A stretch of 64,000 nucleotides of DNA from Gammaproteobacteria bacterium (GTDB lineage Bacteria; Pseudomonadota; Gammaproteobacteria; Eutrophobiales; Eutrophobiaceae): assembly GCA_965116495.1 (NCBI GenBank), contig OZ220696.1, positions 1,152,001-1,216,000 of the forward strand, read 5' to 3'. Made by a program: the position numbers and the translations under genes. The notes below the pieces were generated by a model that saw nothing but the letters and a program-made list of their open reading frames with translations, ran no database searches and had not been told where the DNA came from. Positions 45,688 to 55,758 of this stretch are shown here, in pieces (positions within the stretch are counted from its first letter, which is position 1; each line of letters opens with the position of its first letter).

Positions 45688-48267
45688 ATGAAAACATCAT
45701 CGAAATTTCGCGCTTCCCGAAAGGGTTCCCGCGTCTCTGAATCTGCACGGTTCATCCTCACACCTCTGGCCGCCGGAATCCTGGCGGCAACCCAGGCCCC
45801 TGCCCAGGAGTTGGAGGAGATTATCGTCACCGCGACACGCCGGGCACAGACGGTACTGGATATCCCCTACAACATTTCCGCCTTCAGCGAAGAGGATCTC
45901 AAGAGGGCAGGAACAGCGACGCTGAGTGACCTGACCCGCCTGGTATCCGGACTGTTTACCATCGACCAGGGCCCCGGGGTTCGCGGCGCGAACAATAACT
46001 TCGTGCTGAGGGGACTCAATGCCCAGTCGGGTACGAACCAGCAGGATTTTCCACACCTTTCGGATCCCACGGTATCTACATATCTTGGGGAAACTCCGGT
46101 CTTTTTTCCTATGTCCATCAAGGATATAGAGCGTGTGGAAGTGTTGCGCGGCCCGCAGGGAACCCTGTATGGAGCCAGTTCTGCAGGGGGGACCATTCGG
46201 TTTATCCCAAACCGGCCTGATGCCGGCGCTTTTACCGTGGACGCCTCGTCTGATATCTCCATTACCGATGCGTCCGATGAGGTAAGCTATGGTTTCGACG
46301 CCGTTGTCAATGTGCCATTAGTTACAGACCGCATGGCGTTGCGCATAGCCGCCGGCTACGAAGAGCTGGGCGGTTTTATCGACGGTAACGGCTTTGTTGC
46401 CACCGAGGGCGGTGGTGGTAGTCCCGGTGAATTTCCGGGCAGGCCGACACCGAGGGTGGCGGATGACCTGGCCAGTGGCTTTGTGATCGATCCAAGGAAA
46501 GATACCAATGACTACGATAACTGGTACGCACGGGTATCCGTTCTCTGGCAACCTAACGATAGTTTAGAAGCGCTACTCTCCTACCATCACGAGGAGAGCA
46601 GCCAGGATGACCTGCAGGGAGTAAACCAGGGGTTTACGGGGTGCTTCTGCGACAACAGTGTTCCACAGTTCCCCGGTTCTTTTTTCGAAAACGTTGCCGG
46701 CATTCCCGGCGGAGCCTATCCAGACGGAGCGACCACGTTCCCCGGTAATGACGGTGATTATGCCCATAACAAGATAGCGCCGTCGCCCTACGAGGATGAG
46801 ACGGATGTCGTATCCGCAGAGATTAATGTCAATTTCGGGTTTGCCACGTTTACTTCGGCGACGTCGTATTTCGATACGGAGACCGATTACCTTCGTGTCG
46901 ACAACGGCTTTTACGAAGTCGTTCCCAGTCCGGACAATATCAATCTTGCTTACCTGTACGGTTACTATCCCCGCCTCATGGGTCTCGACAGGGATGTGCT
47001 CAGCAAGGATGGATTTTCCCAGGAGGTGCGTCTGGCCTCCAACTGGGACAAGCGCCTTGATTTTGTAATCGGCGCCTATTACCAGGATACGGATTTCGAA
47101 TGGTTCCTGGATGCGGAATTTCCCGGTTTCAATGAGTTCGACCAGGAGATTCTGGGCGGATACGGCTTCAACCCGCAATTACCCAACAAGGTTTTTGCTA
47201 TTGATTTTGACACCACGTTTGAAAATTTCGCGGTATTCGGCGAGCTTACCTATAGAATCACCGACCAGTGGCAGGTGACCGGCGGGATTCGCGCATTCTG
47301 GCAGGACTTCGAGGCGAAGCTGATACAGACGGTACCATTCTGCGGGCCATACTGCGCAAATGACGGTGAAGATTTACTGGGCACTACCGCAGTCGGGCCT
47401 ATCGGGTCAGACTTTGAAGACCAGTTGTTCAAGGTCAACACCTCCTATGACATCAGCGATGCAATGATGGTGTATTTTACCTGGGCGGAAGGATTCCGCC
47501 GCGGTGGCGCAAATCCCTTCCCCACAGGCGGTTTTTACGCCTCTCTACCGGAATTTCTCACCTATGATCCGGATCAGGTAACCAATTACGAAGCCGGAAT
47601 CAAGGGCAGACTCGCCGATAATGTGACCTATTCACTGGCTGGCTATTACATAGACTGGAATAAGTTTCAGTTCGATGAAACAACACCCGCAGGGCAACTG
47701 GGTGTGTTCAACGGTTCGGAGGCCCGCTCCATAGGAGTCGAACTGGAAGCCAACGGCAGGATAACGGAACAACTCCATTTCAACCTTGGCTACAGCTACA
47801 CGGATGCCGAGATAACTGAAGACTTTGTAATTCGGGACCTAGAGGCTTTTGGTGGAGTGTTCACCAACACCATTGAAGATTCCATAGCGGCATATGATGG
47901 TGATAATTTGCCTAATGTTCCCAAACACTCCTTCTCCGGCGGGCTGGATTTCGAACAACCACTTATGAATAACTGGTTTCTGAACTGGCATGTGGACACC
48001 AGCTTCCGGAGCAAATCGCAATCAACTTTTAACCGGGATGTCCTGTACGGCAGAAACTACTTTGAACCGGATTCATTTTTTATCTGGAATGCGTCGGTCA
48101 CCCTGGATGCCGGCAAATGGAGTGCGAGCATCTACGGCCGGAATCTTTTCAGCGAAGAAGGTATTACCGGCGGCACACCAGCAGGATTTTCCGGCAACCG
48201 GAGCGCCTATGAGTACGTGACCCGGCCCCGGACGATTGGTCTGGCAGTGAGTTACAGTTACAACTGA
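45688..48267 (+). CDS. TonB-dependent receptor
   Basis: LEEIIVTATRR TonB box, DIERVEVLRGPQGTLYG, NYEAGIKG, RPRTIGLAVSYSY. Confidence 0.95.
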   Translation: MKTSSKFRASRKGSRVSESARFILTPLAAGILAATQAPAQELEEIIVTATRRAQTVLDIPYNISAFSEEDLKRAGTATLSDLTRLVSGLFTIDQGPGVRGANNNFVLRGLNAQSGTNQQDFPHLSDPTVSTYLGETPVFFPMSIKDIERVEVLRGPQGTLYGASSAGGTIRFIPNRPDAGAFTVDASSDISITDASDEVSYGFDAVVNVPLVTDRMALRIAAGYEELGGFIDGNGFVATEGGGGSPGEFPGRPTPRVADDLASGFVIDPRKDTNDYDNWYARVSVLWQPNDSLEALLSYHHEESSQDDLQGVNQGFTGCFCDNSVPQFPGSFFENVAGIPGGAYPDGATTFPGNDGDYAHNKIAPSPYEDETDVVSAEINVNFGFATFTSATSYFDTETDYLRVDNGFYEVVPSPDNINLAYLYGYYPRLMGLDRDVLSKDGFSQEVRLASNWDKRLDFVIGAYYQDTDFEWFLDAEFPGFNEFDQEILGGYGFNPQLPNKVFAIDFDTTFENFAVFGELTYRITDQWQVTGGIRAFWQDFEAKLIQTVPFCGPYCANDGEDLLGTTAVGPIGSDFEDQLFKVNTSYDISDAMMVYFTWAEGFRRGGANPFPTGGFYASLPEFLTYDPDQVTNYEAGIKGRLADNVTYSLAGYYIDWNKFQFDETTPAGQLGVFNGSEARSIGVELEANGRITEQLHFNLGYSYTDAEITEDFVIRDLEAFGGVFTNTIEDSIAAYDGDNLPNVPKHSFSGGLDFEQPLMNNWFLNWHVDTSFRSKSQSTFNRDVLYGRNYFEPDSFFIWNASVTLDAGKWSASIYGRNLFSEEGITGGTPAGFSGNRSAYEYVTRPRTIGLAVSYSYN

Positions 48268-48293
48268 CAGGTTTGACACGGCTCTGCCCGTTT

Positions 48294-49031
48294 ATGGAAA
48301 TTCAGGTTGTTTCGCATAAGGACCGGCCGGAATTCTCTGGCAGACTCAGTGAATTGGAAGGGGAATCATTTCCTGAATTTCTGCTGCATGACGGCTTCGA
48401 CGAATGCCGCCCGCACCTCTTGGGCGAGTTTGCCCGTTATCAGTTTTACTTCGTTGACAAGGCTACCGGAAACCTGTTAGGCGCGGCCAACGCTTTGCCC
48501 TACTTCCGGCAGGCTGATAAACCCCTGCCGGGATTTCAGCAATTACTGGTCACGTCCCCGGACCAGTTCAGGCGGGGCATCACGCCCAATGTCCTGTGCC
48601 CGATACAGGCCATGGTGGTCGATGGCGCACGGGGCAGCGGAGTCTCTGAACGCATCATCTCCGCTTACAAGGACCTGGCCTCAGCGGATGGCCTTAAGGC
48701 AATCTGTGTCCCGGTCAGACCCACGCTCAAGCCCCTTTATCCCCTGGCGCCGATACAGCGCTACATCACCTGGACACGGGAGAACGGTGAGAAATTCGAT
48801 CCCTGGCTGCGCATGCAGGAGCGCACCGGCGCAGAGTTTACGGAAATCACCCACGATTCAACCGTTATTACGGCTCCGGTTTCCGACTGGGAAGCCTGGA
48901 CCGGGATGAAGTTTCCCGAAAACGGTGAATATATCATTCAGGGAGGTCACACTCCGCTGCTCATCGACCGTGAAAATAATTCAGGAAGATACTCGGAACC
49001 CCATGTCTGGTATACCTACCAGCTCGGTTAA
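48294..49031 (+). CDS. GNAT-like putative transferase
   Basis: RGSGVS acyl-CoA-loop-like segment; PVRPTLK..YPL, FDPWLR, WEAWTG..FP, Y.EP.VW family pattern. Confidence 0.65.
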   Translation: MEIQVVSHKDRPEFSGRLSELEGESFPEFLLHDGFDECRPHLLGEFARYQFYFVDKATGNLLGAANALPYFRQADKPLPGFQQLLVTSPDQFRRGITPNVLCPIQAMVVDGARGSGVSERIISAYKDLASADGLKAICVPVRPTLKPLYPLAPIQRYITWTRENGEKFDPWLRMQERTGAEFTEITHDSTVITAPVSDWEAWTGMKFPENGEYIIQGGHTPLLIDRENNSGRYSEPHVWYTYQLG

Positions 49032-49063
49032 GCAGGCACAGGAAACACCTGGGGTCAGGACAT

Positions 49064-50254
49064 TTGGGGACCATCGAACCATTAAGCTTTGATCCGTTCG
49101 ATACGGACGTGGATGAAGACAAACGTTTCGCAATCTACCGGCAAGCCCGGGACGAGCAACCTGTCATGTTGCACGATGGTCCGCGCCGGATATGGTCCGT
49201 ATTTCGTTACGAAGATATTTTCCGCATCGTCCACGACCATGAAACGTTTCCATCGGTCCCGGAATTCAAAGGCAGCTTCGCGGTGCTGTTTGATGATCCA
49301 CCGCAGCACACCCGCCTGCGCAAGGTGGTGGATGAGACGTTCAGCCGGCGCGGGGTTGAACAACTGCGGGCACGTATAGCGGCGATTGTTGAAGAGCTTC
49401 TGCGTACTGCAATAGAAGCCGGTGAGACCGATTTCTACACCCGGGTAGCGGAATCATTGTTTAGTCGTATCATCAGCGAAATCCTGGGACTGCCCGGAAG
49501 CAATCAGGATACATTTCACCGGTGGTCGGAGGAGATCGTGAAGGTTGATGAATTACACCTGTTCACGGATCCTGATCCCAAGAAAAAATGGGACCTGGTG
49601 TTGCAACCCCTGTACCGGGAAGTCGGCGAATTTCTCACGCCGGCACTTGAACAGCGGCGCCGGTTCCCGGCAGAGGACCTGCTGGGCATACTCGTGCAGA
49701 ATACCCATGCCGGGACAATGCTTACCCGGGAAGAGTTGTATGAATTAGCCATACTGGTCGTGTTGGGCGGACAGGAGGCTGCGCCGCTGTTACTGGCCAA
49801 TGCAATCCTGTTGCTGGATAAATATCCTGCACAGCAATCCCTTTTGCGGTCCGATCCGGACCTGGTTTCCGGCGCCGTCGAGGAGGTGCTGCGCTTCAAA
49901 CCTTCATTCCGTAACGTGGAGCGTTACGTGGCTGCTGATACGCAACTGCATGGCGTTACCCTGAAGAAAGGCGACGTGGTGACGTGCTGGCTGGATTCGG
50001 CCAATCGTGATGAAAGAAAGTTTAAACGACCGGAAGAATTTGATATCACGCGTAAAATTAACGCACACCTTGCTTTCAATCGCGGCATACATATGTGTCT
50101 TGGCCTATTCCTGTCCCGGGTCCTTGCGCAGGAAACCTTGAAGATGTTGATACGCCTGACAGATTCGTTCAAAGTCAGTGGAACACCGGTTCCTTTTCCC
50201 GCACCCAGCCTCAACGGCCCGCAAAACCTCCCTGTAAAACTGATAGCAGCTTAA
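49064..50254 (+). CDS. Cytochrome P450
   Basis: DPPQHTRLR, EEVLR (ExxR), SANRD, HLAFNRGIHMCLG heme Cys; start codon uncertain. Confidence 0.92.
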   Translation: MGTIEPLSFDPFDTDVDEDKRFAIYRQARDEQPVMLHDGPRRIWSVFRYEDIFRIVHDHETFPSVPEFKGSFAVLFDDPPQHTRLRKVVDETFSRRGVEQLRARIAAIVEELLRTAIEAGETDFYTRVAESLFSRIISEILGLPGSNQDTFHRWSEEIVKVDELHLFTDPDPKKKWDLVLQPLYREVGEFLTPALEQRRRFPAEDLLGILVQNTHAGTMLTREELYELAILVVLGGQEAAPLLLANAILLLDKYPAQQSLLRSDPDLVSGAVEEVLRFKPSFRNVERYVAADTQLHGVTLKKGDVVTCWLDSANRDERKFKRPEEFDITRKINAHLAFNRGIHMCLGLFLSRVLAQETLKMLIRLTDSFKVSGTPVPFPAPSLNGPQNLPVKLIAA

Positions 50255-50337
50255 CCTGCTCAACATTACCCGCGCTGTCTCACAATTCCAATGAGACCCT
50301 GTCTATTCAGAGACTTCAGTGAAATAATGTTCAGGCC

Positions 50338-51942
50338 ATGACACAGGCGCAAACTGCAGAACAAATAGAGCGTATCGTCAATGATGCCATTCAGCACGGC
50401 CGGTTTGATGCTGCAATTGCGCAAAGCCGGGAACTGGCAAGGGTTGAACCCGGTAATGCACTCGGCTGGTTTTTATTGGGGCGGGCAACCCGGCTGTGCG
50501 GAGATATAAAAAAAGCATCTGCATTCCTTGAGAAAGCCGTCAGCCTTGATGCCAATAATGCACAGTCATTACTGGAACTGGCTTACTGCTATTTTGGCCG
50601 CGGCCTGTCGGCAAAAAGCCTTGAAGTGCTTGATCGGATGGAAAAACTGGAAACGGATGATGCAACCACGTCAGGGCGGGCTGCGATGTTATACAACCAG
50701 TTGGGGGAACACTCAAAACCCCTCGCCTTGTTTCAAAATGGACTGACAAAACAACCGGATACGGCCTGGTTACATTTTGGTTTGGCAGAAACACTGCGTT
50801 TCAATGGTGACTTTGTCAAGGCAGAGGCGGAGTATAACGATGCGCTTCGATGTGATGAGCATTGCTATGAGGCATATTATGAACTGGCAAATCTGCGTAC
50901 CTACACCAGAGAAACCAATCACACCAGGAAAATTGAAGCCCTGTTGAATAGTGGAGTACGATCCAAGCGCAATGCTGCAAAGCTTTTGTACGCCCTGGCA
51001 AAGGAATATGAAGATTTTGGAGAGTATAAACGCGCGTTTATAAATATGGTGCGCGCCGGGGAGCTGCTGGCCCAGATCAATAAGTATGATGTGAATTCCG
51101 ATGTCGGTTTCTCTAAAGAAATGGCTGATGCCTATTCAAAGGAATACGCCGACGCAAATACTGTTGCCGGTGGATTTGAAAGCGAAGTCCCGATATTTAT
51201 TACAGGCATGCCCCGTACGGGCACAACGCTGGTCGAACGTATTCTGGGCAGCCACAGTAAAGTATATCCTGGCGGGGAACACCTGGGCCTTGTCACACAA
51301 TTGCATGAACTTATCCCGGAGGCTGAATATGCGTCAGGGGGATTGGTCTTTCTCAGTAAGGACCTTATCAGACAATCAACCCGGCTCGATCATAAGCAAC
51401 TGGGGGTGAAATATATTGAATCTTTACGCTGGCGCATTAAAAATCATCCGTATTTTACAGACAAACTACCCATCAATTTTTATTACATCGGCCTCATCCG
51501 GCAAGCGCTCCCGCATGCCAAAATTATTCATTTGACGCGCAATCCAATGGATACGTGTATCAGTAATTTCAAACAATATTTTACTGAAGGAGCGTACCTG
51601 TTTTCGTACAGTTTAGAGGATTTGAGCGCCTACTATATGGCTTATCGCCGTCTTATGGATCACTGGCACAATGTGTATCCCGGTGTGATTCTTGACGTGA
51701 GCTACGAGGGTCTTGTGAATGATATTGAAGGCGAATCCAAACGTATACTGAACTATTGCGGCCTGGATTTCGAACCGGAATGCCTCAGCTTCTACGAGAA
51801 CAATACGCCAACGACCTCTCGCAGCGCGCGCCAGGTGCGCGAGGCTGTCTACACTTCATCCGCCGGTGGCTGGAAGCGTTATGAAAAATATCTCCAGCCG
51901 TTGGTTGCACACTTCCGCGCGAATGGAATTCCTATCAATTGA
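50338..51942 (+). CDS. TPR-containing sulfotransferase
   Basis: TPRs; PIFITGMPRTGTTL, DKLPIN, RNPMDTC. Confidence 0.9.
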   Translation: MTQAQTAEQIERIVNDAIQHGRFDAAIAQSRELARVEPGNALGWFLLGRATRLCGDIKKASAFLEKAVSLDANNAQSLLELAYCYFGRGLSAKSLEVLDRMEKLETDDATTSGRAAMLYNQLGEHSKPLALFQNGLTKQPDTAWLHFGLAETLRFNGDFVKAEAEYNDALRCDEHCYEAYYELANLRTYTRETNHTRKIEALLNSGVRSKRNAAKLLYALAKEYEDFGEYKRAFINMVRAGELLAQINKYDVNSDVGFSKEMADAYSKEYADANTVAGGFESEVPIFITGMPRTGTTLVERILGSHSKVYPGGEHLGLVTQLHELIPEAEYASGGLVFLSKDLIRQSTRLDHKQLGVKYIESLRWRIKNHPYFTDKLPINFYYIGLIRQALPHAKIIHLTRNPMDTCISNFKQYFTEGAYLFSYSLEDLSAYYMAYRRLMDHWHNVYPGVILDVSYEGLVNDIEGESKRILNYCGLDFEPECLSFYENNTPTTSRSARQVREAVYTSSAGGWKRYEKYLQPLVAHFRANGIPIN

Positions 51943-51977
51943 TAGTACGGTCGTCAAGCGGCCGCGAATATATTAGT

Positions 51978-52982
51978 ATGCCGACTATGGTTGACGACAT
52001 ATATGCCAGGACAATCAAGATGTTCGGTTCCCGTCCCGAGCCTGCGTTTGAAACCGCGGCTGAACTCAAGGCTGTCTGGGGCCGGGAGTGGGGCTGTGAT
52101 ACCGACGTGGGGAAATTGAAAACGGTATTGATGCACCGGCCCGGCTCCGAATTCGATATTATCGATACAACCAAACGCATAGAAAGTATCGGCTCTTACG
52201 GCGATATTGAGGAAGGCTGGTATTTCCAGAGTGATACCATTCCTGACCTGCCGTCGATGCAGGCCGACCACGACGGCCTGGTGCGGGTCCTGAAAGAAGA
52301 GGGTGTTGAGGTAATTATGCTGGAAGGGGATATCGGCGGCCGCTTCAAATCCTGTTATACGCGTGATTCCTCCATTGCCGTCAAGGGCGGCGCCATAGTT
52401 TCGCGGCTTGCGCCGAAGATGCGCCGGGGAGAGGAGTTGCCTGTCTCCCGGACCCTGGCGAGACATGGCGTACCTATATTGCATACGATAAATGGCACCG
52501 GGATGCTGGAAGGAGGAAGTTTTGCCTGGTTGAATTCCACAACTGCCGTGGTCGGACGTTCAATCCGGGTGAACAATGCCGCTATCGAACAACTGGAAAA
52601 TACCCTGAAACACCAGGGAGTAGAGCTGATAGTGACCGACCTGTGCGGCTATTCCATCCATATTGACCTGTATTTTCTCATGATCGATGTCAATCTGGCT
52701 CTTGTGAATGCCGCTAACCTGGCATACGTATTTTTGCAGCGATTAAAGCAGCTGAACATCGATACCGTTGAAATCACGCCGGATGATGACCCATGGGTTA
52801 TGAATGGACTGGCTGTTGCACCGGGCCGCGTTATCATGTCTCCCGGATTGTCTGCCGGGACCCGCACAGAACTGGAACGGCGTAATATTGAGATAATTGA
52901 GATTCCCTACGGCAACATGCAGAAAAACGGCGGCGGCATACACTGTTCCACCTGCCCGCTTATGCGCGAGTCAATGGATTAA
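51978..52982 (+). CDS. Amidinotransferase/DDAH/arginine-deiminase-fold enzyme
   Basis: YTRD, RRGE, LEGG, HID, GGGIHCST catalytic Cys. Confidence 0.88.
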   Translation: MPTMVDDIYARTIKMFGSRPEPAFETAAELKAVWGREWGCDTDVGKLKTVLMHRPGSEFDIIDTTKRIESIGSYGDIEEGWYFQSDTIPDLPSMQADHDGLVRVLKEEGVEVIMLEGDIGGRFKSCYTRDSSIAVKGGAIVSRLAPKMRRGEELPVSRTLARHGVPILHTINGTGMLEGGSFAWLNSTTAVVGRSIRVNNAAIEQLENTLKHQGVELIVTDLCGYSIHIDLYFLMIDVNLALVNAANLAYVFLQRLKQLNIDTVEITPDDDPWVMNGLAVAPGRVIMSPGLSAGTRTELERRNIEIIEIPYGNMQKNGGGIHCSTCPLMRESMD

Positions 52983-53004
52983 CAGGTGGTGTCATATCAG
53001 GTAA

Positions 53005-53871
53005 TCACAGAAACCCGCGCAATTCTGCAATAAACTGCTCCAGCTGATCATGGTGCGGCCAGTGGCCGGCATCGTCATACAGGGAAACCTCTGCGTTGGC
53101 GAAATAGTTCAGTCTGCCGTCTTCAGCAGGGTTGGATGCCCAACTGTCCTTGCCGTAGATTAAACGGGTTGGACAGGTAATCGAACCCCAAAGCACCTTG
53201 ACGACCTCCGGGTCCAGGTCGACAGGCGGCATTACGCGCACGCAGTTATCGAATTTCCAACTGTAGCTGCCGTCTTCGTTCTGGATGATGCCGTGGTCGG
53301 TGAGATGGCGGGCCTGCTCATCCGACAAATGACTGTTGGCCGACTTCATGCGCCGGTAAGCTTGCGCCAGGGAGTTGTAGCGTTTCGGCTGTCTCCCAGA
53401 CAACTGCCGCCGCTCATCAATCCAGCTACGCAGGCGCTGCGCCATAGGCACACTCTCCTGGTTCGCCTGGGTTTCCGGCGGCAACCCCAGGCCTTCAATA
53501 GCAACGAGTTTGCGTACCGCCTGTGGATACAGGCCCGTGTAGCGCAATGAAACAGAACCGCCCAGGGAATGGGCGACAATCGTGACCGGTTGCAGGTCAA
53601 GCTGGTGTATCAACTGGGCCAGGTCGTAGACAAAAGCCGACATCGAATAAGTCCCGTCCGGCGACCAGTCACTGTCGCCATGCCCCCTGAGGTCGGGCGC
53701 AATAACGTGCCAGTCCTGCGCCAGTTCGCGCGCAACCCAGTCCCAGCTCCGGCAATGGTCCCTGTTTCCATGTACCAGCAACAGCGGCGGCGCACCAGGA
53801 TTGCCCCAATCAACATAGTGCAGGCGCAGGCGCTGGGAAATATATATATGGGAGGTAGGCCCGGTAATCAT
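53005..53871 (-). CDS. Alpha/beta hydrolase
   Basis: LVHG, PDLRGHGDS, AHSLGG, DAGHW. Confidence 0.9.
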   Translation of the reverse strand: MITGPTSHIYISQRLRLHYVDWGNPGAPPLLLVHGNRDHCRSWDWVARELAQDWHVIAPDLRGHGDSDWSPDGTYSMSAFVYDLAQLIHQLDLQPVTIVAHSLGGSVSLRYTGLYPQAVRKLVAIEGLGLPPETQANQESVPMAQRLRSWIDERRQLSGRQPKRYNSLAQAYRRMKSANSHLSDEQARHLTDHGIIQNEDGSYSWKFDNCVRVMPPVDLDPEVVKVLWGSITCPTRLIYGKDSWASNPAEDGRLNYFANAEVSLYDDAGHWPHHDQLEQFIAELRGFL

Positions 53872-54626
53872 TACTGCACAGATATATCGCAGCCCAGGAA
53901 ATTTCTATTCTGACTATGAGCGGCTTCCATTACAGAAAAAGAACCTGCCGCGGGATCCACAATAATATCTCCCTCATTGCTCACTGACGCGATTAACTTG
54001 CTTTGCAAATCAACCGGCTTTCGGTGCGGGTTACCACCGTTGTTTTTTACCTGTTCTGTCCATACATCCGGAATATTATGTAATTTCCACACTCCCTTGG
54101 CTTTGCGGGGCTGTTTTTGAAATATGACCAGATACTCGCCCATTCTCCGGGTGCGGTAGCCCATGCCCATCCTGTTTTTGTTCCAGACAATCATGTCCAC
54201 GACATCAAGATTAGTGCCGTCAATCCAGGGTTTGAAACCCTGGCACAGGTGGAATTTATCTATCCATAAAAACAAGTGGCCTGATGGCATCAGTATTTTG
54301 TCAATTCCGACAATGAACTCCTTTATTTTCAACTCCGTCATTTGCAGCAGGCTAGACCGCCTCTTTCCGCGTTGCTTCCCTTCATTCCCATAACTCATCT
54401 TATCCAGTAACCCTCGATATTGAGGGTCAAAGAAAACTATGGGAAAGGAACCAGCGGGCAGCATTGAAAGAAACTCCAATCCGTCCATTTCCAACTTGGA
54501 ATTGAGTATCAATTCACGGGACAGGTTTATCTCGGGCTGTATGATATCCCGATCAGGTGAATAAACAGAGGGGGTTGCTTTATTAGATGAATCCGGTTCC
54601 GCGCGTGCTTCTACTGTATTTGACAT
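53871..54626 (-). CDS. Orphan N4/N6 DNA methyltransferase (beta-class motif order)
   Basis: FFDPQY catalytic motif precedes HRKP and DPAAGS SAM motif; 1-bp overlap with the hydrolase. Confidence 0.85.
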   Translation of the reverse strand: MSNTVEARAEPDSSNKATPSVYSPDRDIIQPEINLSRELILNSKLEMDGLEFLSMLPAGSFPIVFFDPQYRGLLDKMSYGNEGKQRGKRRSSLLQMTELKIKEFIVGIDKILMPSGHLFLWIDKFHLCQGFKPWIDGTNLDVVDMIVWNKNRMGMGYRTRRMGEYLVIFQKQPRKAKGVWKLHNIPDVWTEQVKNNGGNPHRKPVDLQSKLIASVSNEGDIIVDPAAGSFSVMEAAHSQNRNFLGCDISVQ

Positions 54627-54855
54627 GACCCTCTCTCTTTGCATGATTACGGTGGTTAGCACAACGATATCCATGATTAAATTGGACAGTCCCGGGAACT
54701 GCATACATCCAATTTAGCTTATTTTTCATGTCTATTAATTGTACAACGGTAATGATTGCAGCATTAGCTATCTTAACCTGGAAACAAACGAGACATCGTC
54801 AGTTACAAGTTAACATTTTATGACGGAATTTCCTAGTTTAAGGAGTGTTAAGGAG

Positions 54856-54884
54856 TTGACAGGCTGAAAAGCAGGACATAGACT
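54856..54884 (+). promoter_or_regulatory. Sigma70-like promoter TTGACA-N17-TAGACT
   Basis: Perfect -35 box, 17-bp spacer, 4/6 -10 box. Confidence 0.5.
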
Positions 54885-55028
54885 TGTTTATGCTGCTAGC
54901 TGCAACCGGGTCGCACCGGGTTTTGTTAGGGGCAGGTTCTCACTGCCTGCCCCGATTCTAACAACAGTTCAATCTTCGCGTACACTTATCGCAAGTTCAA
55001 ACCTGTCCTGCATAATAGAATCGATAAG

Positions 55029-55439
55029 ATGAGAATATATGCCATACCGCTTTTATCGATCGCCCTGTTTGTATTGCTTGGGTGCTACCAGACTGTTCCA
55101 TCTTCAACAACTGAAACCTGGCGGTGCTTTGCGCGACAAGAATGGAAAGAAGCCAGAATTCTTCATGGCCGCAACCCACGAGGGAGTGGCGTTGTTCGGC
55201 TGACGCGCTCCTTAGAGGGAAACAAAGAAACTGCGGCAGGCACTGTAACTACAGCAGGAGTAACTTACCAAGCTGTATTCAAACTTGTTGGGACCACAAA
55301 ACTCTGGGCTTATACGTCACAGGGGCGAGAGGCATACTTTCTAATTCTGCCAGACGGCCAAGGTTCTGGAGCAATAGTGAACGCATATGGCGAAAGACAT
55401 GTGACAACACCCAGAACTCTTCAATGTGTGTCTCCCTGA
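55029..55439 (+). CDS. Hypothetical lipoprotein
   Basis: Hydrophobic N-terminus with LLGC lipobox. Confidence 0.55.
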   Translation: MRIYAIPLLSIALFVLLGCYQTVPSSTTETWRCFARQEWKEARILHGRNPRGSGVVRLTRSLEGNKETAAGTVTTAGVTYQAVFKLVGTTKLWAYTSQGREAYFLILPDGQGSGAIVNAYGERHVTTPRTLQCVSP

Positions 55440-55470
55440 CATCATCAATACCTTAAACTAGGAAATTCCG

Positions 55471-55758
55471 TCACTTGTTTATCACATTAATCACTGCTGT
55501 TGGATTGTTATCGACTATTTTAAGTAATACTCGAGCCGTACCTCTCGGTACGCGAAGCCCTTGCTCCCAGTGACGTAGCGCTCCAAGCGAAATACCGAAA
55601 GTAGCACAAAACCGCTGCTGACTCATACCGGTTTTCTTCCGAATGGCTTTGACATCGATTGCTTCAGGCCGATGTGTCCTGACTCTCGATTTATCTCCCC
55701 TGGCATGGGAAATTGCGTCTTCCAGACCGGCAGCTATTTCAGTGTATGCTTTGCCCAT
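55471..55758 (-). CDS. HigA-like XRE antitoxin
   Basis: IDVKAIRKKTGMSQ..F...WEQG.R.P. Confidence 0.88.
   Translation of the reverse strand: MGKAYTEIAAGLEDAISHARGDKSRVRTHRPEAIDVKAIRKKTGMSQQRFCATFGISLGALRHWEQGLRVPRGTARVLLKIVDNNPTAVINVINK

Noticed and set aside
13933-52982. Natural-product biosynthetic cluster
   Set aside because: No scaffold-forming enzyme (PKS, NRPS, RiPP precursor or terpene synthase); importers and catabolic-type regulators favour degradation or modification
54728-54823. 31-aa hydrophobic ORF as a type I toxin
   Set aside because: No RBS and no antisense partner evident
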